NCBI RefSeq assembly: GCF_006345805.1
Contig: NC_042999.1
Span: forward strand, 127,224,001 to 127,288,000
DNA: 64,000 nt
Direction of reading: 5' to 3'
Source: Octopus sinensis
Lineage: Eukaryota
Shown one piece after another: positions 52,540 to 63,616 of this stretch. The first letter of the stretch is position 1. Every line of letters starts with the position of its first letter. A program made the translations under genes and the position numbers. The notes beneath the pieces were generated by a model that ran no database searches, was not told where the DNA came from, and saw only the letters and a list, made by a program, of their open reading frames with translations.

Positions 52540-54950
52540 TACAAAAGGACTATCTCTATTTATGCTCCTACACTTTCAGTTAGAGAGGAAAATATCCATG
52601 TACTTTATGAGGAGCTGAGATGAAGTATTTTGTCAGTCCCTTTGAATGAGAAGTTGGTTGTGCTTGTTGACTTTAATGCACATGTTGGTGGAGACTATGG
52701 TGCTTGAAATGTACTTGGGTGTTACAGAATAGGGAATGTGAACAACAACGGGTTGCAGTTGCTACAAATGTGTTCTGAGCCAGGGTTGATTGTTGGGAAT
52801 ACTTTCTCTCATCATAAAATGAAACATAAAGTTACCTGGATTCTCCCAAGATTAAAGCAAGGTAACATGATTGACTTTGTATTAACTCGGAAAGCTGGCT
52901 TACAAGATTTGCGCAGTCTCAGAGTATTGCAAAGTGCTGATTGTGATACTGATCACAAAATGGTTAGGGCCAAGTTCAAGTTCAGGGTCCGTAAGAAGAT
53001 TCGTAGTGCATGTGTACAAGTACCAAAGAAAACTGATGTTGAGCAGCTAAAACAGCCACAAGTTTTGCAGTTGTTTCAAAAGAGATGCAGCAATGTTCAT
53101 TTTGAAGGTTCATGACAATCTTTTTGGGATGGAATTTTTAAAATGGGATCAGAGGTGTTAAGTATTCTTTAAAATGGGATCAGAGGAGACAGTACCAAGA
53201 CTGGTTTGATTCCAATGAAACAGTGATAAATGAGCATTTAGTAACAAAGAGGTCCACTCATGAAAAGCTTCTTGACCCAAACATTAAGAACAAAGTGCAA
53301 CTAGATAAGTTGTACAAGTCTCAGAAAGCAGACTTGCAAAAAGAAATCAGGAGGTTTAAAGACACTTGGTGGAGAAAGTTTACTGTGGCAAGCTTTTGGA
53401 CTGCAATCATCATCATCATCATATGTTCCCTTGAAATTGAAAGATGGAAATGAGGTTATTAAAGATCCTCCTGGAAAAATGAATAGATGGAGAGAACACT
53501 TTTCAGATCTTTTCCACAATCCATCTATAGTGAACATGGAGATCCTAAACAACATTCCGCAAAGAGAGATAGTGCAACACATGAATGATACACTTTCCAT
53601 TGAAAAAGTAAATCTGGCATTAAGTAAACGGAGATCAGGTAAAGCTCCTGGATTGGATGGTGTTCCAGTTGAAATTCTGGAAGTAGATGGGGTTCATATT
53701 TCATTTGAAATTCATAATCTGATAACTCAAGTTTGGAATGAATCTTCTGTACCACAAGAATGGATAAATGGCATTCTAATCACTGTATACAAGGGTAAGG
53801 GCCCAAAAACAGTGTGTGGTAATTCTAGAGGGATAACTCTCCTGACACGTACTGGGAAGATACTTTCAAGGATCATGTTAGATTGTCTTGTTGAGAATGT
53901 TTGTCCACATGTGATTCCTGAAGAACAGTGTGGTTTCAGACCTGGGCGTTTCTGTGAGGCAGGCTCAAGAGAAATGCTTAGAGGAACAAATGCCACTATA
54001 CCAGGTCTTCATAGATTTAACTACGGCATTTGACACAGTAAACAGTAAGGCACTGTGGATTGTATTGTGTAAACTTGATTGCCCAACACATTTTGTGAGT
54101 ATCTTTAAGGAACTACACAGAAACATGAAAGCTCAGGTAGTCTTTAATGGTGAGATATCTCATGAAGTTTTGGTGAACAACGGTGTCAAACAGGGAGATA
54201 TTCCTGCCCTTACACTTTTCTCTATTTATTTCACTGTATTGCTTTTATATGCTTTCAAGGATTGCAACAGAGGAATTGGAATCAGATTTCAACATCTGGT
54301 CATATTTTTAATTTGACCCAGTTTAACTGCAAAGCAAAGACTTTCAAAATACTTGTCAGAGAATTACTTCATGCAGATGATGCTGACTTGTTGGCACACT
54401 CAGAGGGGGATATACAACATTTGATGGACAGATTTTCCCCTACATGTGTACATTTTGGACTCACAATTAGTTTGGGGAAAACCAAAGTAATGTTTACTCC
54501 TGTGCCAGGGCAAACATATTCTGAACCAAACATTTTTGTGAATAGAACAAGGTTAGAAGTCATTGACACATTTGTTTACCTAGGAAGCACATTGTCAAGA
54601 GATGGTAGTCTTGATGCAGAGATATACTATCGAATAGGGAAGGGAAGTGTTGCACTTGGAAAGCTCAAAAGTGAGTATAGGCAGATAGAGGTATTTTCCA
54701 ACAGACAAAGATCAGTGTCTATAAAGCGTGTGTATTGTCTGCACTTCTTTATTCAAGTGAGACATGGACCACTTACAAGCATCATTTAAAAATGCTGGAG
54801 TGATTTCATCAAAAGTGCCTCAGACGTATCTTAGGAGTCAAGTGAGAATGTTTCATACCAGAAACATAGGTTTTCCGCATGACACATTGAGGCTCAATTG
54901 AACATGCTATAACCAAGGAAAAGGTATAAAGACTGTGTGAAGGAAATAAG
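52540..54950 (+). mobile_element. Decayed RTE (BovB-like) LINE, APE + RT
   Basis: SIYAPT..DFNAHVG..NNNGLQLL..TW..PR.KQ..MIDFVL..DCDTDH; GKAPGLDG; YKGKG..CGNSRGITLL; EEQCGFRPGR; DLTTAFDTV; GVKQG; LHADD; YLGSTLS; KPRKRYKDCVK. Many stops and frameshifts. Confidence 0.93.
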
Positions 54951-55030
54951 AGTCAAAATCACACATTAGCCACAAGAGTACTATCTTAATAAGCTGACAA
55001 TGGAGGAAAACCTTCCTCCAGTAGCAGGCA

Positions 55031-55092
55031 TAGCCATATCACTAGTGATTTCAAATATTGATGCAGAGCATCTTAATTCTCTTCAGTGGCTA
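55031..55092 (-). ncRNA. Minimal type I hammerhead ribozyme
   Basis: uagcca CUGAAGA gaauuaa GAUGC ucu GCAUC aauauuu GAAA ucacuaguga UA^ uggcua. 6-bp stem I, perfect 12-nt palindromic stem III AUCACUAGUGAU, AUA triplet. Confidence 0.85.
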
Positions 55093-57174
55093 GTGTTAAG
55101 CTCAATTGACTTCATCAACTTTCAAAATTCAAAATCACTAGTGATATAGCTATATTATTTATAGCTTTCACTTCTACCATTTTTGAAATCAACATGTTTT
55201 CAATAGGTTTTCTTATAAGTTGATGAGGTGAGTTGAGCTTGACCCAAGGGAGGTTTGCCTCCCTTGTCAGCTTATCAAGATAGTGCTCTTGTGGCTAATG
55301 AGCCATTTTCACTTTTATCTCTAGCAATGCCAGTACCAGTTTGTACCCTCTGTCACCTTAGTGACATATATATCCATATATATAGTTGGCTCCTCCTCAT
55401 TTTCAAGTATTTCATTCTTCATGGAAGAAAAGTGGCATGGTTTTGGTTAGTGTTCATGCTGACTTGCCAGAAAGTGGCCCATACACTAGTCTCAAAGACA
55501 TTCTTTGTGCTACATGTGAAATGGGACATGCAACATCAGGCAACAAAACTGCAATTGACTTCTATTGCCCAGGGAGTGCTTGAGTAGTGCTTTCATCTGG
55601 CATTCCTCTTTTCTGCCAGTTTAGCTATTGAGATTATAGGTCTTCATCCACTTCTGTCATTGGGAATGTGGGCTGTTTTTTCTAGGTATAATTCTCTATA
55701 CTCACCCCGATTAGTGATAACAGGCTCTCACAAAAGTTTTAGCTGGGGTGTTCTTGTTACAAAATCAGAGGTTCAGGTCTTTTGCTAAACATGATGACTC
55801 CCTAAGGCATGTGAGGACCAGTATCAGAGAAAAGGCTATATATTTGTACAAAGATGTGGAAGGCAAAATATGTAGTAATTTTTGATAAACAAAATTCTAT
55901 TTTTTTCATACTCAAAAAACAAATACTGTAATTACTATGAACAACAAGATGTTGGGAGAGTTTGAATGTTATTATTCTTGATGTAATTGTGATAGTAGTC
56001 AAAAATTTAGCTGCTGGTTGTTGTGTTGTTGTGATCCAGGTGTCAGGGAATTTTTTTTTTACCAATTACCCCTAAATATATTTATTTATGCCGATGTTAA
56101 CCTCTTGATTTGAAAGGAAGAAAATCAAAGATTCTTTGAATTCAAAAGGTTTATTGAATCTATTTATATGGAGAATACAATTACAAATATAAAAAGTATA
56201 AAACAAATGTGATAAAATAGATTAATATCCTCATTATGAAACAAAAGGACTTTTCTAGAAACTTTTTCACTTCAGGTTTAGGAGAAATGATGTTTCAGTT
56301 TTGCTACAATTACATCAAAATTGGAGTATTTTGATGCCAGAGCAATTTGGATACAGTCTTTAATTTGGATACAGTCTTTGATTTGATTTTATGTTCACTA
56401 GAGTGAAAAATCCTTGTATGCAAAGGTAGGTTGTTGCAAAAGGCAGCAACTTTTTGACTGCTTCCTCATACCAGAAGAAAAATTTCTGTTGTAACAAGGA
56501 ACATGTTTTTTATATAATTTTACTAATGTCTAATGAGTCCTCATTACTCCAAAGAATTTAATTTTTACACCACTTGGAGTAATTAACCCCTGTTCACCAA
56601 CCCCTGCTGTGATCAGTCAGTCATTGAAGTTGTTGTCACCTCAGGTCAGCATCTGTCTGCATCTGTTCGCCATCTGTCTGCCAGCTCATCTCTGCTGTCT
56701 TGCAATGCTCTCTCTGTTACATCCCAAAGCTCTCTGTTAAGTAGCTAAGATGTGCTGAATATATACTGATGGATAGTCTCAGAGACAAAGGTGCAAAAAA
56801 GTGGAATCCTCACTAGAACCTATTCCACACGAAGTCGTGATTGGTTAGATTTTGCCATTCACATGGCTAATATTCTGGTGAACCATGACACAGGATATAG
56901 TGATCTGACTGCTGAGCATTCCCACTATATATTGCATGTCAATCAGTGAATAGTACTACTTCAACACAGCCTTCACTGAAATCTACAAGTTTTTTTCATC
57001 CTCTCTCTGTTTATTTTCTCTTATTCCTTTCTATTGAAGAGCATAAGCTTAAAATGTAAAAGACTTTTTCATTTTTCCCGAGCATCAAACTAATACATAT
57101 GCTTGTTGTTCATACACCTGTTTTTGTCTTTTATTTTTCTATAAATTTCAACTGTATATTATATATATAAATAT

Positions 57175-57192
57175 ATATATATAGAGAGAGAG

Positions 57193-57237
<45 letters not shown>

Positions 57238-57308
57238 AAACGATAGATAGAAAGATAGATAGATAGATAGAGAGAGAGAGTGAGAGAGAGAGAGAACGAT
57301 AGATAGAA

Positions 57309-57367
<59 letters not shown>

Positions 57368-57440
57368 TAGATAGATAGATACAGAAAGATAGAAAAATAG
57401 ATAGACATGCATACATACATATATACATACATACATGCAT
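57175..57440. repeat. Compound (GA)n/(GATA)n/(GACA)n microsatellite
   Basis: Direct reading of the sequence. Confidence 0.97.
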
Positions 57441-57879
57441 ACATAAAAACACATGCATGTATGTGCATATGTATCTACATTGTATGTATATTCAGTGGCA
57501 TCACTTACTTTAAAGACAAGAGTCTACACTGGTAATTAAACAGTAATTATTTTCATTTCTTTAATCACTAACAATCCATGCTGTACACAAAAAGGGAATT
57601 TTTATTGTCATGTGATGAAAGTTTAAATTTTAAGAATTTAATTTGTAGGAGGAAATTTCCGATAGCCTTTAGAATGTCATAAAAATAATTGTGACTCCAC
57701 ATCAGTCTTGATCAAATGGAACTTTAGCCAATGGCACTTCAGTTGTCATGACGATTCCATATTTTTAAACATCTAGGAGTGTATTTACCAATGTTTTTCT
57801 TCTTATATATTTTTTAAGACAGTAAATATGTAATACCATTTCATATTTATTCTAGGAATACTCTCTCACTACTACGTAC

Positions 57880-57916
57880 TCTCTCACCACTACTACTACT
57901 GCTGCTACTACTATTA

Positions 57917-57969
<53 letters not shown>

Positions 57970-58005
57970 GCCGCCACCACCGTCACCACCACCACTACTA
58001 CTAAT
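57880..58005. repeat. Graded trinucleotide array (CTA)n-(CTG)n-(CCG)-(CCA)n
   Basis: Direct reading; stays in one triplet register. Confidence 0.9.
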
Positions 58006-58950
58006 ACGGAGGAGTGGCAGGCAATGTAGTTCCCAGCTGAAAGTTTTCAGGCTTCTTCATTCTGAGTTCAAATCCTATTGACCCCCAACCTTGCTATTCC
58101 CATCTCTGGTACTGATAAAGTAAACACTAAACATGTTCTAGAGTTGATTCAATTAACTATACTCACCACTACAAAAATATGTCATTATAATGAGTAGTAG
58201 CAGTCCCCTATATTGCCAGGATTTATTTATAGAAATTATGGGAAAATGTCACAAAGAGTATGTCCTTATCCTTAAAAAGATATGCCTTTGTGTAAAATTT
58301 CAGTCCTAGGTGCAAAAATGTAGTCAACAACTTGCAATATGTATACATACATTTATGTTTATACATTAAAATATCCTTTACTGACTTTAAAGAGAAACAG
58401 AGTGCATGTGTGTTCCCCTTCTGATTACCAACTAGTTTGAGGTTAACCATTTGTTATTATGTTTCTATTGAATTACACCCACCTTTTTAATTAATTTTGA
58501 TAATAATTGATATTTATTAAAATAACTTTGTCATGATTAAGCTGGTGTTTGTAACATAATTTAACATGAAATTTTGATGACAGGCTCTAATTCATCATCA
58601 TTTAGTGTCCATTTTCCATGTTGGCATGGGTTAGACCAGTAGTTCCCAGAACACACACACACATGCATACACATGCACACACATGCACACACACATTTGC
58701 ATGCAACCATACATACACACTCACACACATATACAGTCTTTATTTGTTATTCTTCATTAGCTTCAGCTCAAGAGCTGCAGCCATGCTGGGGCACCCCTTC
58801 ATCAGTTGTTGGTTGCCCATCTATTCCTCATTTTGAGTATTGAATGACAATATGAGACTTCAAAGGCAGATGCTCCTGCAAAAACAAAAATAAAATTTGG
58901 TATTTGTGGAGGGTCAAAGTTGATAACAAAAACAGGACAGTGGAAAAAAA

Positions 58951-59260
58951 CAAGGAAACTGAACGTAAACAAACATGGAGGGTCGTTAGACCAGATGAGG
59001 TAAAGTAGTGAACACTGGAGAAATATTTGTCTTTGACAAGAGAAAAGATAGAAGAGAGAGATAGATAGGATACGTCCATCTTTCTTTTCCTCACATGATC
59101 ATCTTTCTTTCCCTTCAGTGCTGTCACAGAGACTGCACGTATCCTATCTGTCTCTCTCTTCTATCTTTTCTCTTGACAAAAACAATATTGCTCCAGCGTT
59201 TGCTACTTTACCTCGTCTGGTCTAACGGCCCTCCATGTTTGTTTTCATTCGGTTTCCTTG
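58951..59260. mobile_element. PLE-type fold-back with ~125-bp arms
   Basis: caaggaaactgaa...gatagataggatacgt (58951-59075) pairs with acgtatcctatctg...cggtttccttg (59137-59260). Both arms stop at ACGT. Confidence 0.75.
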
Positions 59261-59460
59261 TAAGTCTCCAGTGTATATATATATATAGACACAAAGGGCT
59301 TCTTTCAGTTTCTGTCTACCAAATCCACACACAAGGCTATGGTCGACCCAAGGCTATAGTAGAAGACATTTGCCCAGGATGCTACACAGTGGGACTGAAC
59401 CTGGAACAATGTGGTTGGAAAGCAAGCTTCTTACTACACAGCCACTCCTGCACCTATATA

Positions 59461-60260
59461 CAATTGCGGCCAAAATATTCAGAACAGCATTGTTTTCGTC
59501 AGAAAAGTAGGTATAAGTTTTTATTAAAGCTGTTTTATATTCTATAATTTTCACAGACAAAAAATACAATATTAATTGTTATTGTGTGTAATTTTGGTGT
59601 AATTTGAGAGGATAATACAAAAGTTATGGATGATTTAGTGATTTACTGTAAAACCCATGGCGGCCAAAATGATCAGAACGGTTGAAAAAATAACAAAATA
59701 ATAAAAAATGACAGAGAATACTGGAATTATTTAATATTTAGTGTGAAGCCCTTTAACTTCAATCACACTGTGACATCTTCGACTGCATGAGGAAATTAAA
59801 TTTTCAATTTCTTGCTAGGTGATCTTATTCCATTCTTCCTGAAGGGCATTCCATAATTGCTCGGTTGTTTTAGGATTTCTGGCTTTTGAACGTTCTCCTA
59901 GAATATTCCACACATTTTCAATAGGATTGAGATCTGGGCTTTGAGCAGGCCAATCCGTAATAATAACCTTTTCAGCCTTGAGGAAGTTCATGACCACCTT
60001 AGCCTTGTGACATGGGGCATTGTCCTGCATGAATATGGGTGGTTGCTTAGTTGAATTTCTCAGCACAGGCAAGACATGATCTTTTACAAGTTGTTTATAA
60101 ACTCATGCATTTGCCTTTCCATGTTATCGCACCAAAGGGCCCACACCATCTTCAGATATCATCCCCGAAACCATGACACTTCCTCTATCGAATTTAACAC
60201 TAGTCTTAAGGCATTTAGGCAACAATTTTTCACCTACTTTTCAACGAACGGAAAATTAAA
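59461..60260 (-). mobile_element. Tc1 element 3' half (DD34E catalytic region and TIR)
   Basis: VGEKLLPKCLKTSVKFDRGSVMV...IFMQDNAPCHKAK...DWPAQSPDLNPIENVW. TIR ta|caattgcggccaaaatattcagaac at 59461, with an inner repeat ggcggccaaaatgatcagaac at ~59659. Confidence 0.92.
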
Positions 60261-60384
60261 GACATAGATGGGAAAATTAAAGACATAGATACACGCATAC
60301 CTATATATACAAGTAGTAACTGGTGGAGCCCATAAAATACCCACATGCACTCATAAATGCACCTCATATATATGTATATATATA

Positions 60385-60890
60385 TCATCATCATCATCAT
60401 CATCATTTAGCGTCCGTTTTCCATGCTAGCATGGGTTGGACGGTTCTACTGGGGTCTGTGAAGCCAGAAGGCTTCATCAGGCCCAGTCAAATCTGGCAGT
60501 GTTTCTACGGCTGGATGCCCTTCCTAACGCCAACCACTCCGTGAGTGTAGTGGGTGCTTTTTACGTGCCACCCGCACTGGTGCCAGACAGAGCTGGCAAA
60601 CGGCCACGAACGGATGGTGCTTTTTATGTGCCACCGGCACGAGGGCCAGGCGAGGCTGGCAATGGACACGAAACGGGGCGGTGCTGGCAACGGTCGCGAA
60701 ACGGAAAGTTCTCTTACATGCCACCGGCACTGGTAACACATCTGCAATTTCCATTGATCGATTTCGATTCTGATCCTCACTTGCCTCAATGGGTCTTCAC
60801 AAGCAGAGTTTCGACATGCCACCGGCACTGGTAGCACATCCGCAATTTCCATTGATCGATTTCGATTCTGATCCTCACTTGCCTCAACAC
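60385..60890 (-). mobile_element. RTE-type 3' UTR with an internal ~98-bp-period duplication
   Basis: (cat)n tail then ttagcgtccgttttccatgctagcatggg. gccaccggcactggta.cacatc.gcaatttccattgatcgatttcgattctgatcctcacttgcctcaa occurs twice. Confidence 0.85.
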
Positions 60891-60896
60891 GTCTTC

Positions 60897-60930
<34 letters not shown>

Positions 60931-61054
60931 TTGTATATATATCTCTCTATATGTGTGTATATATATATCATTGTTTTAGAAAAACATAAATCCGGAGAAG
61001 CACACTCTAAGAAGTAGAGCAGTCTATATTTATTACTGGTGAAGGCCAGTTTAT

Positions 61055-61112
61055 AGGGTTACCCTGGGTTTCTTTCCATAAAGGGTACCTTTATGGCATA
61101 CCTTCAGACCCT
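61055..61112 (-). ncRNA. Hammerhead, family X, with an A9G core change (probably impaired)
   Basis: agggu CUGAAGG uaug CCAUAAAG guacc CUUUAUGG aaa GAAA cccaggg UA^ acccu. Confidence 0.6.
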
Positions 61113-61557
61113 AAGACCTGTTGGCCTGTGGCCTGTTTAAAATACAGAGAGGAAAACAATATAAACAATGAAGATTGTCTCCCTTTGCTGCTGGTCATTT
61201 GTTCCTTCAGCTACGCCACCTGTCGGCTATGAGGGTTATCTCCTACTCTCATCAGCAATCAATTTGCAGCTGTGGTGTAATTATCGCTAATACTGCTATT
61301 ATCGCTATTATGTGGTTCCCGAATAATAGCGATAATAGCGGTATTAACAATAATTACACCACAGCTGGAAATTGATTGCTGATGAGAGTAGGAGATAACC
61401 CCCTACCGTTTACCCTCATAGCTGACGAGTGGCGTGGCTGAAGGAGGACGACATGGCCGGAAGCTGATGACCAGCAGCAAAGGGAGATAACCCCATCGTT
61501 TATATTTGTATCATTTTCCTCTCCATATTTTAAAGAGGCCACAAGCCAACAGGTCTG

Positions 61558-61615
61558 AGGGTCTGAAGATACACCATAAAGGTACCCTTTATGATGAGAA
61601 ACCCAGGGTAATCCT
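61558..61615 (+). ncRNA. Minimal type I hammerhead ribozyme (family X)
   Basis: agggu CUGAAGA uaca cCAUAAAG guacc CUUUAUGa uga GAAA cccaggg UA^ auccu. Stem III ACCC-A-GGGU, GUA triplet. Confidence 0.8.
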
Positions 61616-61636
61616 ATAAACTGGCCTTCATCAGTA

Positions 61637-61724
<88 letters not shown>

Positions 61725-61798
61725 CATATATATGTATATATACATATAAAGTTAATCCAAACATGAAAACACAAAGAGAAAATACAACAACGCGAGGA

Positions 61799-61851
61799 CC
61801 TTAAGAATACCATGAACAACACTTTTTGACTTGTTAACAATCTTTGCAATA
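61799..61851 (-). mobile_element. Tc1 transposase N-terminal HTH fragment
   Basis: The minus strand reads SIAKIVNKSKSVVHGILK. Confidence 0.7.
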
Positions 61852-62125
61852 GACCCAGATTTGAAACTGCTGCTGCTGTTCCTCGGGAAATGAGCATTGT
61901 ACTGAAGAAAACGTTATCTCGAAAAACTTGTCTCATCCTTTAGTTGAACATAACCTACAAGCAAGATCACCAGCAGTGAAGCCACTGATCAGCTCCAAAA
62001 ATAAAAAGTGTCGTCTTACCTTTGCAACCGAACATGCGTTGTGGTCTCAAGAAAAATGGCAAATGGTGCATTTCAGTGATGAATCTAAGTTTATGTTATT
62101 TGGCTCAGATGGGAAAATTATTTAT
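61852..62125 (+). mobile_element. Tc1 transposase middle fragment (opposite strand)
   Basis: RFETAAAV...LSRKT/..LQARSPAVKPLISSKNKKCRLTFATEH..WSQEKWQMVHFSDESKFMLFGSDGK, containing the first catalytic D. Confidence 0.9.
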
Positions 62126-62734
62126 ATGGGAAAATTTTCCCATATATATAGTGATCCAGTTGTATATTACTCCATAGTTTAAAACTCACATATAGTATGC
62201 AGTCAGTTCATGTTACTCATAGTTTCAAATTCACCGAAAAAAAAAGAAAAGATGACTGAGCTCACTCTCACCAAGCTTGGGTAACTTGTACACCTACCTC
62301 AAATCAACCAAGTCATATAATCATGAACTCTGCCTCATTGACTGCCTATGAAGGAATTTGGAAAAAATATGACTTAACTCTACTTTTATTATATTGAGTG
62401 CTGTGCACTTTGTTATATGAATCTTGTTTAATCATACATACACTCACACACATATGCATATATGTGTGAATGTGTGCATGTATATACATGTGTATGTATA
62501 TATATATATATATATATGTGTGTGTGCGTGTGTGTGTATGTATATATATCTATATATGTGTGTGTGTGTATATATGTATATATATATCTATATGTGTGTG
62601 TGTGTGTGTGTGTGTGTATGCATGTATATATATTAATTCATAATAGAATATAAGGATAAAATCATGTTAATGATCAGGTAGTCAGCATGCTATATATACC
62701 TATAAATTTATGTATACCGATATATATCAATATA

Positions 62735-63095
62735 CTCTTTTACTTGTTTCAGTCACTTGACTGGAGCACCACCTTTAGTTGAGCAAACTGACCCCAGGAC
62801 TTATTCTTTGTAAGCCTAGTACTTATTCTATCAGTCTCTTTTAAACATACGAGCATTGGTTGTCAAGCGATGTTAGCGGGGGCAAACACAAACACACAAA
62901 CACACACACATATATATATATATACATATATACGACAGGCTTCTTTCAGTTTCCGTCTACCAAATCCACTCACAAGGCTTTGGTCGGCCAGAGGCTATAA
63001 TAGAAGACACTTGCCCAAGGTGCCATGCAGTGGGACTGAACCCGGAACCATGTGGTTGGTAAGCAAGGTACTTACCACACAGCCACTCCTGCGCC
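62735..63095 (-). mobile_element. SINE family A, near full length
   Basis: Reverse complement of 12316-12700. Further partial copies at ~27850, 34690, 37235, 39575, 45330, 50480, 51355, 52280 and 59285. Confidence 0.9.
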
Positions 63096-63114
63096 TATGT
63101 ATATACATATAAAA

Positions 63115-63325
63115 TGTGACCACGTGTGTACCGTTGGCGATTTGTTTTCCTCCGTCTTCGCTTCTCTGAATCTTTCCTTTTCCTATGTTTCTGACGAAGA
63201 GCTCCGCTCGAAACGTTAAACCCTCCTTCTTCCCTTCCTTCCTGAGTGTCCAATAATACTATATTTGTTCCACGTCCTCGCGATGTTGTGTTTTCTCTTT
63301 GTGTTTTCATTTTTGGATTAACTAT
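63115..63325 (+). mobile_element. PLE pLTR with a hammerhead; an inverted tail fragment of the same family lies at 61746-61798
   Basis: ...gtcctcgcg.tgttgtgttttctctttgtgttttcat.tttggattaact matches the reverse complement of agttaatccaaacatgaaaacacaaagagaaaatacaacaacgcgaggac. Confidence 0.75.
63187..63221 (+). ncRNA. Minimal (35-nt) type I hammerhead ribozyme
   Basis: guuu CUGACGA a GAG cuccg CUC GAAA cg UU^ aaac. Stem I guuu/aaac, palindromic AACGUU stem III. Confidence 0.75.
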
Positions 63326-63347
63326 ATATATATGTATGTATATATAC

Positions 63348-63576
63348 TTTATTTAAAAGCAGCAGAATATAACAAAAGCTGTTATTCAGAGTTTCACGTA
63401 ATGATCATTATTGCTGTTCTATTTTAACAAAACTGTACGACGAACGGGAACATGAAACTCTGAATAACAGCTTTTGTTATATTTCTGCTGCTTTTAAATA
63501 AAGCGTATTACTCTACCTTTGGTATTTGAGTACTCTTTTTCCACCATGTTTCATATTTATGTGCTTACTCCAGTAT

Positions 63577-63590
<14 letters not shown>
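63348..63590. mobile_element. PLE-type fold-back with a core-mutated hammerhead (63433-63470)
   Basis: Arms 63348-63396 / 63453-63502. cugu aCGACGA acg ggaa cau GAAA cucuga aUA acag. Confidence 0.7.

Positions 63591-63616
<26 letters not shown>

Larger units (their letters stand above)
60975..61639. mobile_element. PLE family X fold-back (arms 61031-61310 / 61330-61639) with a hammerhead on each strand
   Basis: Near whole-length palindrome centred near 61320. The left arm also carries the pLTR tail at 60975-61030. Confidence 0.85.

Noticed and set aside
55255-55587. 110-aa ORF and overlapping frames
   Set aside because: No motif recognised in six frames and no splice support.
61370-61480. 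Three CTGANGA motifs in the right arm of the family X fold-back
   Set aside because: No downstream GAAA, stem III or stem I could be formed, so they are not hammerheads.
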